Positions 1 through 7,682 of a DNA stretch of 24,000 bases are shown in pieces. Within the stretch, counting starts at the first letter, position 1. Every line of letters starts with the position of its first letter. The notes below the pieces were generated by a model. The model was not told the DNA's origin, made no database searches, and saw nothing but the letters and a program-made list of their open reading frames with translations. The DNA is from an uncultured Lachnospiraceae bacterium (GTDB lineage: Bacteria > Bacillota > Clostridia > Lachnospirales > Lachnospiraceae): assembly GCA_910585075.1 (NCBI GenBank), contig CAJUED010000012.1:1-24000 (forward strand), written 5' to 3'. A program made the position numbers and the translations under genes.

Positions 1-1053
1 CTCATATCCCTGCTCCATCAGTTTCTTTTCCAGACGCCTGACCGCAGATTCCCTCAGCTGCCGCCGCCTTTCCCTTTTGTTTTCTGAATTTCGTTTTTCC
101 ATATCGGAAGCGTGTACGATCTGTATCCCGTTACGGATATCCTCCAGGTCCTGCATCAGATCCCGACTCTCCCGCTGTTCGGCACGGACGTTCAGAATCT
201 CAAAGGAAAAATACCTGCCGTGGTATTCAGAGAAAAACAGTTCCGTAAAATAGTGGTTCCGCATTTTCTCCTTTATCTTATCCTGGCAGAGCCTGGCGCA
301 TATTTTGGCGATATCCATGCTCACCGGATGGTCAAACAGCTTTTTTCCCTTAATGATCTGGGTATCCATCTGCCCCTCAAACAATGTGCCGTTTAAATCG
401 CACCTGAGATATGTGATCTTAACATCATAAAATACATTTCCCCTCTTTTTATCCAGCTCATGCCCCAGAACCGGGCACATCCCTGCGCACCTCCTTAATC
501 CACAGTAATAAGGATCATAATTCATTTCCCATTCCAGCGTATCCCTGTTAAACCTCGTATGCTCCCGGCAGACGCGACCCTTCTTCTGCAGCTCGAAACT
601 GACCTCCTGCCTTCGTATCTCTTCATCATGGAGTTTTAAGATATGCTCCACACTTCCTTCATAACAGTATTCTTCATCTGTCATATGAACTTCACAATCA
701 TACCGGAGTACGCCGTGATCCTGAAGGTACTCATGTTTCAGCGTACATTCCTTTTTTTCATAAGGACAGTGGATCGTTGCCATATCGTTTTCAAACGTCC
801 ACTCAATACCCATGTAACTCATGTTGCTGTGGCACTGGAGTCCTTTACACTGCAGACCGCAGGGAGTCTTAAAGGTCTGCTCATAGATCCACCAGCGTTC
901 ATAAGTAAAGCCTCCATAAAAATTATCAAGGGTCTTTTTCTCCCATGCGGAGACATCTACCCTTACATAGTCCGGATGGCGGTCTGCGGTATAGCCTTCC
1001 GCCAGCAGCCGTTTTGTCAAAGTGTTGTATTCCTTATACTCATTCTCTTTCAT
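1..1053 (-). CDS. Cys-rich conserved hypothetical protein of conjugative elements, partial (3' end runs off the window)
   Basis: Not in the supplied ORF track because it has no stop in the window. Hand translation from ATG at 1053-1051 gives MKENEYKEYNTLTKRLLAEGYTADRHPDYVRVDVSAWEKK...CGLQCKGLQCHSNM...YYCGLRRCAGMCPVLGHE...MEQGYE. It is open for all 351 codons down to position 1. The plus-strand ORFs 112-1294 are antisense junk. Confidence 0.75.
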   Translation of the reverse strand, partial: MKENEYKEYNTLTKRLLAEGYTADRHPDYVRVDVSAWEKKTLDNFYGGFTYERWWIYEQTFKTPCGLQCKGLQCHSNMSYMGIEWTFENDMATIHCPYEKKECTLKHEYLQDHGVLRYDCEVHMTDEEYCYEGSVEHILKLHDEEIRRQEVSFELQKKGRVCREHTRFNRDTLEWEMNYDPYYCGLRRCAGMCPVLGHELDKKRGNVFYDVKITYLRCDLNGTLFEGQMDTQIIKGKKLFDHPVSMDIAKICARLCQDKIKEKMRNHYFTELFFSEYHGRYFSFEILNVRAEQRESRDLMQDLEDIRNGIQIVHASDMEKRNSENKRERRRQLRESAVRRLEKKLMEQGYE

Positions 1054-1064
1054 TTTCTTCCTCC

Positions 1065-1268
1065 TTACAGGCCCTGGCAGGGGCGCATCCCAAAATAGTC
1101 TTCCATGCGGTCCCTCAGCCTCTCCGCTGACATGCCGTATTCTCCGGCAATACAGGATTCACAGCATGGATATTTGTATGCCAGGGTTTTTGATAACCGG
1201 GCATCCCAGCTGTTTAACTGCTGTCCGCATTTGTTACAGTCCTGATCCAGCCATCTTACTTTCTGCAA
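1065..1268 (-). CDS. Cysteine-rich VLP-domain small protein (conjugative-element associated)
   Basis: 67 aa with CNKCG...CCESC motifs and ending ...YFGMRPCQGL, which I recall as the Cys_rich_VLP family pattern. TTG start with GGAGGAG Shine-Dalgarno at 1273-1280. Stop lies 11 nt before the next backbone gene. Confidence 0.7.
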   Translation of the reverse strand: MQKVRWLDQDCNKCGQQLNSWDARLSKTLAYKYPCCESCIAGEYGMSAERLRDRMEDYFGMRPCQGL

Positions 1269-1280
1269 TCGTTCTCCTCC

Positions 1281-1379
1281 TTCCTGATATATAAATTTCT
1301 ATCCTCAGCCTTCCCGGCATCTGGGCAGAAAAAAAGCAGGAATGACTTCCCTGATATATATGGTGTCCATAATTTCTAT
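1281..1379. repeat. Direct repeat TTCC(C)TGATATATA...AATTTCTAT. Copy 1 is 1281-1302; copy 2 is 1347-1379 and carries a 10-nt insertion, TGGTGTCCAT.
   Basis: Read directly from the sequence. Copy 1 lies immediately upstream of the Cys-rich-VLP gene. Copy 2 fills the loop of the 12-bp inverted repeat at 1335-1399. Confidence 0.6.
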
Positions 1380-1399
1380 GAACCGGCGTCATTCCTGCT
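1329..1399 (-). terminator. Perfect 12-bp inverted repeat AGCAGGAATGAC (1335-1346) / GTCATTCCTGCT (1388-1399) with a 41-nt loop, followed on the minus strand by a T6 run. Terminator-like insulator or boundary structure.
   Basis: Arms are exact reverse complements and an A-run at 1329-1334 follows. The loop is much larger than in a canonical intrinsic terminator, so function is uncertain. Confidence 0.35.
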
Positions 1400-1719
1400 C
1401 TGATAAGAGATTATTAAATTCTAAACTAAAAAGCCAGCGGTAAATCACTTGCTGGGCATAGTGATACTGCTGGCACATTCATACAAACTTAACAGCGTGT
1501 GCAATGCGGGAAATATTCCGCCTACAGGTGTTTCTAACTGTATCTCCATAAAAGGATTCGCACAAAAATCAATTACAAGGGAAGTGTAGCACAAGATATG
1601 GAATCCGTCAACGAAAAAACTATAGGAGAACCTTTTCAGATTCTATTTAGATAACATAGAAATGACCAAATATCAGCTCAATGTGATATCAGTTCTCCCT
1701 ATATATTGTTGGTATTTCG

Positions 1720-1728
1720 TGATATAAT
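1720..1728 (+). promoter_or_regulatory. Extended -10 promoter element TGATATAAT upstream of gajA
   Basis: TGnTATAAT match 35 nt upstream of the GTG start, followed by GAGGAGGGG Shine-Dalgarno at 1748-1756. It is embedded in an imperfect inverted repeat, TTGGTATTT...AAATACtACCAA (1709-1742). No good -35 at 17-nt spacing. Confidence 0.4.
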
Positions 1729-1762
1729 ACAAATACTACCAACGAGATGAGGAGGGGTTATA

Positions 1763-3448
1763 GTGAAATTTAATTCTGTGACAATAAAGAATTTCAGGAA
1801 TTTTGAAGATATATCAATAAACTTAACCAATAAAAACGTCCTTTTTGGGATGAATGATGTAGGTAAGACAAACTTTCTGTATGCGTTAAGATTTATTTTC
1901 GATAAAGACATCAGAAAACAGAACTTCAATGATACGGATTACTACAAAAAGAATGTGGCTAATCCAATAGAGATTGTTATTGCAATTGATATTAGCGATA
2001 CAGAAGATGCAGATAGTCAAAAACTGCGTGCAAAATTGAAAGGCGCTATCCTTTCGGATCAGAATATTGTATATATCAAACTAATAGCCGATTATGACAA
2101 AAAGGAAATGATTGGCATTCCTGTTTTATACTGGGGTGGAGATATTGAAGATCTTGAAGAGATGAAAGTTCACGGCACATTCTTTGAGATTGATTATGTC
2201 TTTAATGTGATTTATATTGATGCATATGTTGATTTATATACACTATTTAAAAAGAATGCTAATACGCTACTTGTTAATGATAAGGAACAGGATAAAGATA
2301 TTTTAGAACGTATTGATAAGACATGTGACGAATTAAATACTCAGATATCTGGATTGTCCGGCATAAAGACTTTTGAAGAAAAAATTGCACCCGAATATAA
2401 AAAGTTTAGGCATGACGATATATCCGTGTCTGTAAAATCAGAAATAGCAGTAAAAGGTTTATATTCGAATATCGTTCCTTATATTAAACAAGATACTGAC
2501 GATTCTTTATATCCGACGTCTGGTGAGGGACGCAAAAAGCTTTTGGTATACGCTATTTTTGATTTACTCTCTAAAGAGGAAGAAGAAAAGAAAATCACTA
2601 TTTTTTTAATCGAAGAACCAGAAAACCATCTGCACCGTTCTATGCAGATAGCATTATCCCATATTTTATTTCTTGATAACAAATATCAATATTTGTTTAT
2701 GACAACTCATTCACCTTATGTCCTGGCAGAAATGGATCAGGTAAATCTGGTTCGAATATATAATGAAGACAAAATCGTGAGCAAAAGTGTTCTTTATACA
2801 GTGCCTGCTGAATTTAAAAGCCAAAGAAAAATGCTGAACAGAGGGCTGATAGAAGCTATTTTTGCTGATAAAGTGTTGCTTGTTGAAGGACCATCTGAAA
2901 ATGTTTTATTTGGAAAAGTATTGTCAGAGATAAACCCATTTTATGAAGCAGACGGAATTTACATACTTCCAGTAGGAGGATTTGGATTCAAGCCATATTA
3001 TCAGATATTAGATGCTTTGCAGATCGAAAATATTATTAAAACTGACAATGATTTGAGAAAGATAAAGGGAAAAGAAAAATATAGTGTATTAGGTTTTTCA
3101 AGATTAAATAATTATATAGGGAAAAAAATTCTTCCAGTTACTCCTATTAGTGAAACTGGTGTTGAAGCAAAGCGAAAACTATATGACAATAATCAACAAA
3201 AACTTGATCAAATTAGATCTGAATATTCAATCTATCTATCAAGATGTAGCCTGGAGGAAGATTTGGATGAAGTAATTCATGACCAGATGATTTCATACCT
3301 ACCTAATGCAGATGGGGATGTAATTGGATATTTGCAAGACGCTAAAAATAATCATATGGTTGAACTTGTTGAAAAACTTACAATAGAGGATTGTAAATGC
3401 ATTTATGAACACTATAACTTTGCTTGTTTAAAGGAGGTAATGCAGTAA
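1763..3448 (+). CDS. gajA: GajA, Gabija ATP-dependent OLD-family endonuclease (N-terminal ABC-type ATPase, C-terminal Toprim)
   Basis: 561 aa. N-terminus MKFNSVTIKNFRNFEDISINL..FGMNDVGKTNFLYALRF carries the Walker A motif. LIEEPENHLHRS is the Walker B/D-loop. VLLVEGPSENVLF..KTDND is the Toprim domain. C-terminus reads EHYNFACLKE. From memory these blocks closely parallel Bacillus cereus VD045 GajA; no alignment was computed. Confidence 0.9.
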   Translation: MKFNSVTIKNFRNFEDISINLTNKNVLFGMNDVGKTNFLYALRFIFDKDIRKQNFNDTDYYKKNVANPIEIVIAIDISDTEDADSQKLRAKLKGAILSDQNIVYIKLIADYDKKEMIGIPVLYWGGDIEDLEEMKVHGTFFEIDYVFNVIYIDAYVDLYTLFKKNANTLLVNDKEQDKDILERIDKTCDELNTQISGLSGIKTFEEKIAPEYKKFRHDDISVSVKSEIAVKGLYSNIVPYIKQDTDDSLYPTSGEGRKKLLVYAIFDLLSKEEEEKKITIFLIEEPENHLHRSMQIALSHILFLDNKYQYLFMTTHSPYVLAEMDQVNLVRIYNEDKIVSKSVLYTVPAEFKSQRKMLNRGLIEAIFADKVLLVEGPSENVLFGKVLSEINPFYEADGIYILPVGGFGFKPYYQILDALQIENIIKTDNDLRKIKGKEKYSVLGFSRLNNYIGKKILPVTPISETGVEAKRKLYDNNQQKLDQIRSEYSIYLSRCSLEEDLDEVIHDQMISYLPNADGDVIGYLQDAKNNHMVELVEKLTIEDCKCIYEHYNFACLKEVMQ

Positions 3449-4974
3449 TGTTATCCCCTATGCAAACGGAAATTGTTGAACAACCAGGAAATCTGATTGT
3501 TAGAGCGAGTGCTGGTACAGGAAAGACACATACCATGGTATCTAAAATTGTGTATGACATAGAACATCAACATACGCACAAGGTGGTTGCTGCAATCACT
3601 TTTACAATTAAAGCAGCTAATGAGATTAAAGAACGACTAACAATAGACACAACCAGCCATTTTATTGGAACAAACAACAGTTTCGCTATTGAAGAAATTA
3701 TTAAACCTTTTATGAAGGATGTGTTCGGTAAGACATATAAACTGGATATGAGTACGGACTATTCAGTAAAAGTAAACACATTTGAAGAAGGATTGGCAAA
3801 AATCAGAGACGAACAGGTTTTATGTTCGTATGTGAACAGTAAAGAAAACTTTATATTTCAGCTTGCTTTAGATATTTTGAAAAAGTCTAAAGCGTGTCAA
3901 TTATACTTACAGGCAAAGTATTTCAAGATTTATGTTGATGAATACCAAGACTGTGATAAAGATATGCATGCTCTTTTTATGTATATCTGTGAGTCTCTGA
4001 GCATAGACACTTTTGTTGTAGGCGATGAAAAGCAATCAATTTATATGTGGCGTGGGGCATATCCCAAAGCTTTCATAGGGATTTGGAACAGAAAAGATTT
4101 TTCCAAAAAGTTCATGAGAGATAATTTTCGTTCTTGTCAGCAAATACAAAACTATTCAAATTTACTGTGTGATGAAACCAGAGATTTATATAAGCCTATA
4201 GATGATTTGTCTTCTGTGATAATGATATGTGCCACTTCGGCTAATTGGGTATCATCGGTTATTCCGTATTTAGATTCCAATGAAAAATGTGCATTACTAA
4301 GATATAGCAATGCAAATGCTGAGGCGGGAGCTATAGATTTAACGAATGGAAATATGGAGTTTACATATATCCCACAAACACCGATTGCTGATATAACTAC
4401 AGAAACAGCATGGCTTTACAATGCCGTTGCCAAATTCTTTATTCTACCGAAATATTCGGCTTATGACTTTAGAGATGAAATACCCAACGAAGTAGTTGGA
4501 AACAAGAGAATCTTAAATTACATCAAAAAGGCATTAAGCGTTTTAGAGGGATGTATAAAGCAAGAAGATGCTTCTGGCTTTGAAAAACAAATTATACTAA
4601 TGGCAAATTACTTAGGGTATGAGACAAAGTCGGATCATTGTGATAGGCTGTATAGAACAATTTGCAATCAACGATATCATCCAGCATTTAATATTGACGG
4701 ATTGAAGCGGATCGCCATTACATTTCATTCATCAAAAGGGTTGGAGTTTGAACAGGTTATTTTATTTGTATCAGATTATAGATTATCAAGTGAACAGGAG
4801 ATATATAATTATTATGTTGCTACCACACGAGCAAAATCTAAATTGATTATGGTATATATTGATGATGACTGGAACGCAACCCAGTTTGCTAAAAATATAA
4901 ATAAGATTTTCGCCGAGTCGAATTTAAAAATGAGCGACGTAGCAACTGTTATAAATTGCTTGTGCTGTAATTAA
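3448..4974 (+). CDS. gajB: GajB, Gabija UvrD/PcrA-like superfamily-1 helicase/NTPase
   Basis: Motifs: ASAGTGKTHTM (Walker A), NFIFQLALDILKKS, YVDEYQDCDKDM (motif II), VGDEKQSIYMWRG, NFRSCQQIQNYSN and HSSKGLEFEQV..ATTRAK. Start placed at ATG 3448, giving a TAATG overlap with the gajA stop, with AAGGAGG at 3431-3437. The track's TTG at 3424 is in frame but unlikely. Confidence 0.9.
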   Translation: MLSPMQTEIVEQPGNLIVRASAGTGKTHTMVSKIVYDIEHQHTHKVVAAITFTIKAANEIKERLTIDTTSHFIGTNNSFAIEEIIKPFMKDVFGKTYKLDMSTDYSVKVNTFEEGLAKIRDEQVLCSYVNSKENFIFQLALDILKKSKACQLYLQAKYFKIYVDEYQDCDKDMHALFMYICESLSIDTFVVGDEKQSIYMWRGAYPKAFIGIWNRKDFSKKFMRDNFRSCQQIQNYSNLLCDETRDLYKPIDDLSSVIMICATSANWVSSVIPYLDSNEKCALLRYSNANAEAGAIDLTNGNMEFTYIPQTPIADITTETAWLYNAVAKFFILPKYSAYDFRDEIPNEVVGNKRILNYIKKALSVLEGCIKQEDASGFEKQIILMANYLGYETKSDHCDRLYRTICNQRYHPAFNIDGLKRIAITFHSSKGLEFEQVILFVSDYRLSSEQEIYNYYVATTRAKSKLIMVYIDDDWNATQFAKNINKIFAESNLKMSDVATVINCLCCN

Positions 4975-5295
4975 ATTATTATGAAACTAGCCTAGAAAAA
5001 CAGACACAGGGATGATTATATACTATTATAGAACAAAATGGAACTGTCGAAAGTGTGACTTGAGGGCTTGAAGCGTATCCAGTAGATGGAGTAAGCAAGG
5101 CACCCAAATAGTATTTACCACCAAACAGAATAGATTGTCTTATATGAGATAATTTATTTATAATAACATGGCAGAACTTTATAAACGTTATAAAAATGAA
5201 AAATATAGTTGGATTAGTCAAGCAAATAATAAAATACCAAAAACGAATCGAAGTTTGACATAACTTAGTCAACTCAATCAGTTAGGAGTGAAAAA

Positions 5296-5889
5296 ATGAA
5301 TTTAGATTTTAACCTCGCAGATTTTTTTAAATTGCCAACAAAAATTATGTTTGCTCTTGCCCTTGCTTCTGGTCTGGTTTTGTTTCTTCCAGATAGCATA
5401 GTCACGAAAATGTATATGGTTGATTTCAGAAATAAATATGGTTTTGTCATTGGGCTACTATTTTTAATTTCTTTTTCAATACTTGTAGTCACTGTTTTTA
5501 TAGGCATATATAAGTATTTTAATCATTTATATTTTATGAAGAAATTCAGAGCAACTGCAAAAGAAAGACTACAAAAGTTGGATAATTACCAAAAAGCAAT
5601 CGTGTATGGTCTGTATATGGAAGATAACCACACTGGCGAATTACCATTACATGACGGGGCTGTAAAATTGCTTAAGCAAAATATAATAATTACAGAAACC
5701 ACAAATCAATATGCTGTATCAGATTTAAACAATGCTGTTTTTCCTTATATGTTGCACCCATGGGTTATTGAAGAACTTCAAAAAGATAGTGAGTTGCTTT
5801 CCATTTTTAATGCAGCATATAAAGAAATGAATAATAAATACAAACTTCAAAGTCAATATGAGTCCTCATACCTTGACTTTCCGTACTAA
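5296..5889 (+). CDS. Two-TM membrane protein, superinfection-exclusion-B (SieB)-like; function unproven
   Basis: 197 aa with AGGAG Shine-Dalgarno at 5284-5288. Two hydrophobic helices (KIMFALALASGLVLFL; GFVIGLLFLISFSILVVTVFIGIY) are followed by a soluble domain, LDNYQKAIVYGLY...GELPLHDGAVKLLKQNIII. This layout resembles my recollection of Pfam SieB. It shares the AT-rich composition and strand of Gabija. Confidence 0.55.
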   Translation: MNLDFNLADFFKLPTKIMFALALASGLVLFLPDSIVTKMYMVDFRNKYGFVIGLLFLISFSILVVTVFIGIYKYFNHLYFMKKFRATAKERLQKLDNYQKAIVYGLYMEDNHTGELPLHDGAVKLLKQNIIITETTNQYAVSDLNNAVFPYMLHPWVIEELQKDSELLSIFNAAYKEMNNKYKLQSQYESSYLDFPY

Positions 5890-6067
5890 TCTATCAAGGA
5901 ATAATGAATTTTCTTATTGTCCTTTTTAATTGATAGTTATTTTTGATAAAATACGGTTCAACGGGTTGCTGGTTACCCACTCTTATAGACAGCTGATCAT
6001 TCCAGCACTTTAATGAAGAATTTAGAAAGTAACATATTAACCAGCTTGAATAGAAAAAGCATATAGT

Positions 6068-6112
6068 AAAATGGTCTAAGAAACCTGCATTTTCGGTTCC
6101 CTAGACCATTTT
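6068..6112. terminator. Bidirectional hairpin terminator between the convergent SieB-like and abiEii genes
   Basis: Perfect 11-bp stem AAAATGGTCTA (6068-6078) / TAGACCATTTT (6102-6112) with a 23-nt loop. A/T runs are built into both arms. It lies 8 nt beyond the abiEii stop. Confidence 0.5.
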
Positions 6113-6119
6113 ATTAGCT

Positions 6120-7043
6120 TCAATAAAAATTACTGAAATAGTCTCTACTGATAATTTCTCCTATTCCTCCTATAACCGTTTCGTAAGGAAGATATGTAAA
6201 CAACATCCTGCCTGTAATCTCTTCATAATCATTCCGGTATATTTCCTTATCCACAATTTCTGTCAAAAGGTCATTGATACATACCTCTTTTTGGGCAGAC
6301 GGACAGACCGGAAGAGGTTCCCGCAGGCATCGTACTTCCTTAACAAGCTCTGACAATGAAACATCTGGCGTTGTGTATTCCAGGATCTTATAGATATCAT
6401 ATAAATGTCGAGAATGCCGCTCTACCTTGCCAGACAGATAATAGTCACAGAGGGCAAAGACTTTATCAATAAGAGTCCGCTCAATCGCCTGGGTTGTGAT
6501 TTCAAAAGGCATAAGGTCAAATTCTTCTGCCAGTTCTTCCCGTCCTGCCATTTTCAGAAAACGATAAATATAGTTGTCAGCAATCCGATTTACTGTTGGA
6601 AACGGCAGGAGGGCAATATAGGTCTCGATGACCAGTTCCGGCTTTAATTCCAAAAGCGGGGAATAAATGCTGGGATAGCTGGCCTTGTAACAGTTATAAC
6701 TACGCCGGCTGCGGGTTTCTTCAAGGTTTGCAACAGAAAACCCAAGGGATTCTACAGAAGAAACCACCGCCTTTTTTAACTGACGCTTGCGGCTTTCGCC
6801 AGGAATGCCGTCTGATGCCGCATAAGAAATATCAATATCCTCCGAAAAACGATCCAGAATCTGATAGCACTTTGTAAGCGAGGTCCCTCCTTTAAAGACC
6901 ATTCCCTTCACCCTGGCGGCCAACTCTTTAAGAACAAGTGTAACATAATAATCTTTCTCAATGATTCCGGGCGGTATGTGCAGTTCGTTGGAAGCGGCAA
7001 CAACCAGTTCGCTGAATGCTTCCTTGTCATGATGTAAATTCAT
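6120..7043 (-). CDS. abiEii: AbiEii/AbiGii-family nucleotidyltransferase toxin (type IV TA / abortive infection)
   Basis: Carries FKGGTSLTKCY...RFSEDIDI, the signature of DUF1814/AbiEii nucleotidyltransferases. Start taken as ATG 7043 (MNLHHDKEAF), which overlaps the abiEi stop by 17 nt. The track's TTG at 7061 is less likely. Confidence 0.85.
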   Translation of the reverse strand: MNLHHDKEAFSELVVAASNELHIPPGIIEKDYYVTLVLKELAARVKGMVFKGGTSLTKCYQILDRFSEDIDISYAASDGIPGESRKRQLKKAVVSSVESLGFSVANLEETRSRRSYNCYKASYPSIYSPLLELKPELVIETYIALLPFPTVNRIADNYIYRFLKMAGREELAEEFDLMPFEITTQAIERTLIDKVFALCDYYLSGKVERHSRHLYDIYKILEYTTPDVSLSELVKEVRCLREPLPVCPSAQKEVCINDLLTEIVDKEIYRNDYEEITGRMLFTYLPYETVIGGIGEIISRDYFSNFY

Positions 7044-7653
7044 AAATAATACCCCATTCAATCAGTTTTTTTGCGGTAGACCCTGTAATGCCGGGCAGCA
7101 CGCCGGAAAGAAGAGCCTTGCTGTAATTTTTCTGTTTTGCATAGTTTTTTAAAAGCGCTCCGGTTTCTGCATCTGAAAGCTCCGAATATTTTTCTGCCTG
7201 GGAAACAGCATCAAGAAACTGGAGCAGTCCCGCATTTTCAGATGTTATAGCAACAGCTGGACGTTTCAGCCGGACGTTTTGGGAACCGACAGTAACATTG
7301 CGCCCTTTTGTCGCTTCTTTCGATGTTATGATTTCCAGTATAGCCGGCATCTGGGTCGTCAGGCCAATCTGGTTAGCAAACGTAGCTCCGGCGAAATAAC
7401 CGTAGACTTCTGTTGTGTTTTGGATATATTTGCGTATAATGACCTTCATGGGGTCTAAATAACTTTTTTTCAGCAGACGTGATGCTTTGGGAAGATAATA
7501 GATCCCAGTATCAAACCGGGCAAGGTCACCGGATTTGAGCATCCGTTTAAAATACTGACGCAGGGCATTATCATTGATTCCGTCCAGCCGGATCTCGTTA
7601 ATGAAAATCGGTTCATTGTAACCATAGTTTTTTTCCAGATATTCTTTCAGCAT
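7027..7653 (-). CDS. abiEi: AbiEi-family antitoxin / transcriptional regulator (type IV TA)
   Basis: N-terminal winged-helix-like region with ...SGDLARFDTGIYYLP, typical of AbiEi_4/DUF6088 proteins. It sits directly upstream of, and overlaps, abiEii. Start preferred at ATG 7653 (MLKEYLEK), which has GGAAGGAG upstream. ATG 7680 has no Shine-Dalgarno and would lie inside the predicted promoter. Confidence 0.75.
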   Translation of the reverse strand: MLKEYLEKNYGYNEPIFINEIRLDGINDNALRQYFKRMLKSGDLARFDTGIYYLPKASRLLKKSYLDPMKVIIRKYIQNTTEVYGYFAGATFANQIGLTTQMPAILEIITSKEATKGRNVTVGSQNVRLKRPAVAITSENAGLLQFLDAVSQAEKYSELSDAETGALLKNYAKQKNYSKALLSGVLPGITGSTAKKLIEWGIIYEFTS

Positions 7654-7682
7654 ACAGGCATCCACTCCTTCCACCTCCATAC

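Noticed and set aside
112-1294. Plus-strand ORFs 112-396, 643-1098, 945-1130 and 1022-1294 from the track
   Set aside because: They lie antisense to a continuous 351-codon minus-strand frame (1-1053) and to the Cys-rich-VLP gene. Their translations are low-complexity and hydrophobic junk, and none has a Shine-Dalgarno.
1269-1762. Checked for a retron msr/msd, a ToxI-like tandem RNA repeat array, or a CRISPR-like array next to Gabija
   Set aside because: No reverse transcriptase gene, no tandem repeats of about 30-40 nt and no regularly spaced repeats were seen, here or anywhere else in the window.
1699-1929. 76-aa minus-strand ORF overlapping the gajA start
   Set aside because: It is antisense to the well-supported gajA N-terminus and promoter, and is an AT-rich chance ORF with no Shine-Dalgarno.
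5255-5283. TTGACA at 5255-5260 as the promoter of the SieB-like gene
   Set aside because: There is no acceptable -10 hexamer at 16-18 nt spacing (TCAGTT), and the predicted transcription start would fall on the Shine-Dalgarno.
4979-5507. Minus-strand ORFs 4979-5272 (97 aa) and 5274-5507 (77 aa)
   Set aside because: They sit in AT-rich DNA where long chance ORFs are expected. The translations are I/F/L-rich nonsense. The second is antisense to the SieB-like gene, and neither has a Shine-Dalgarno.
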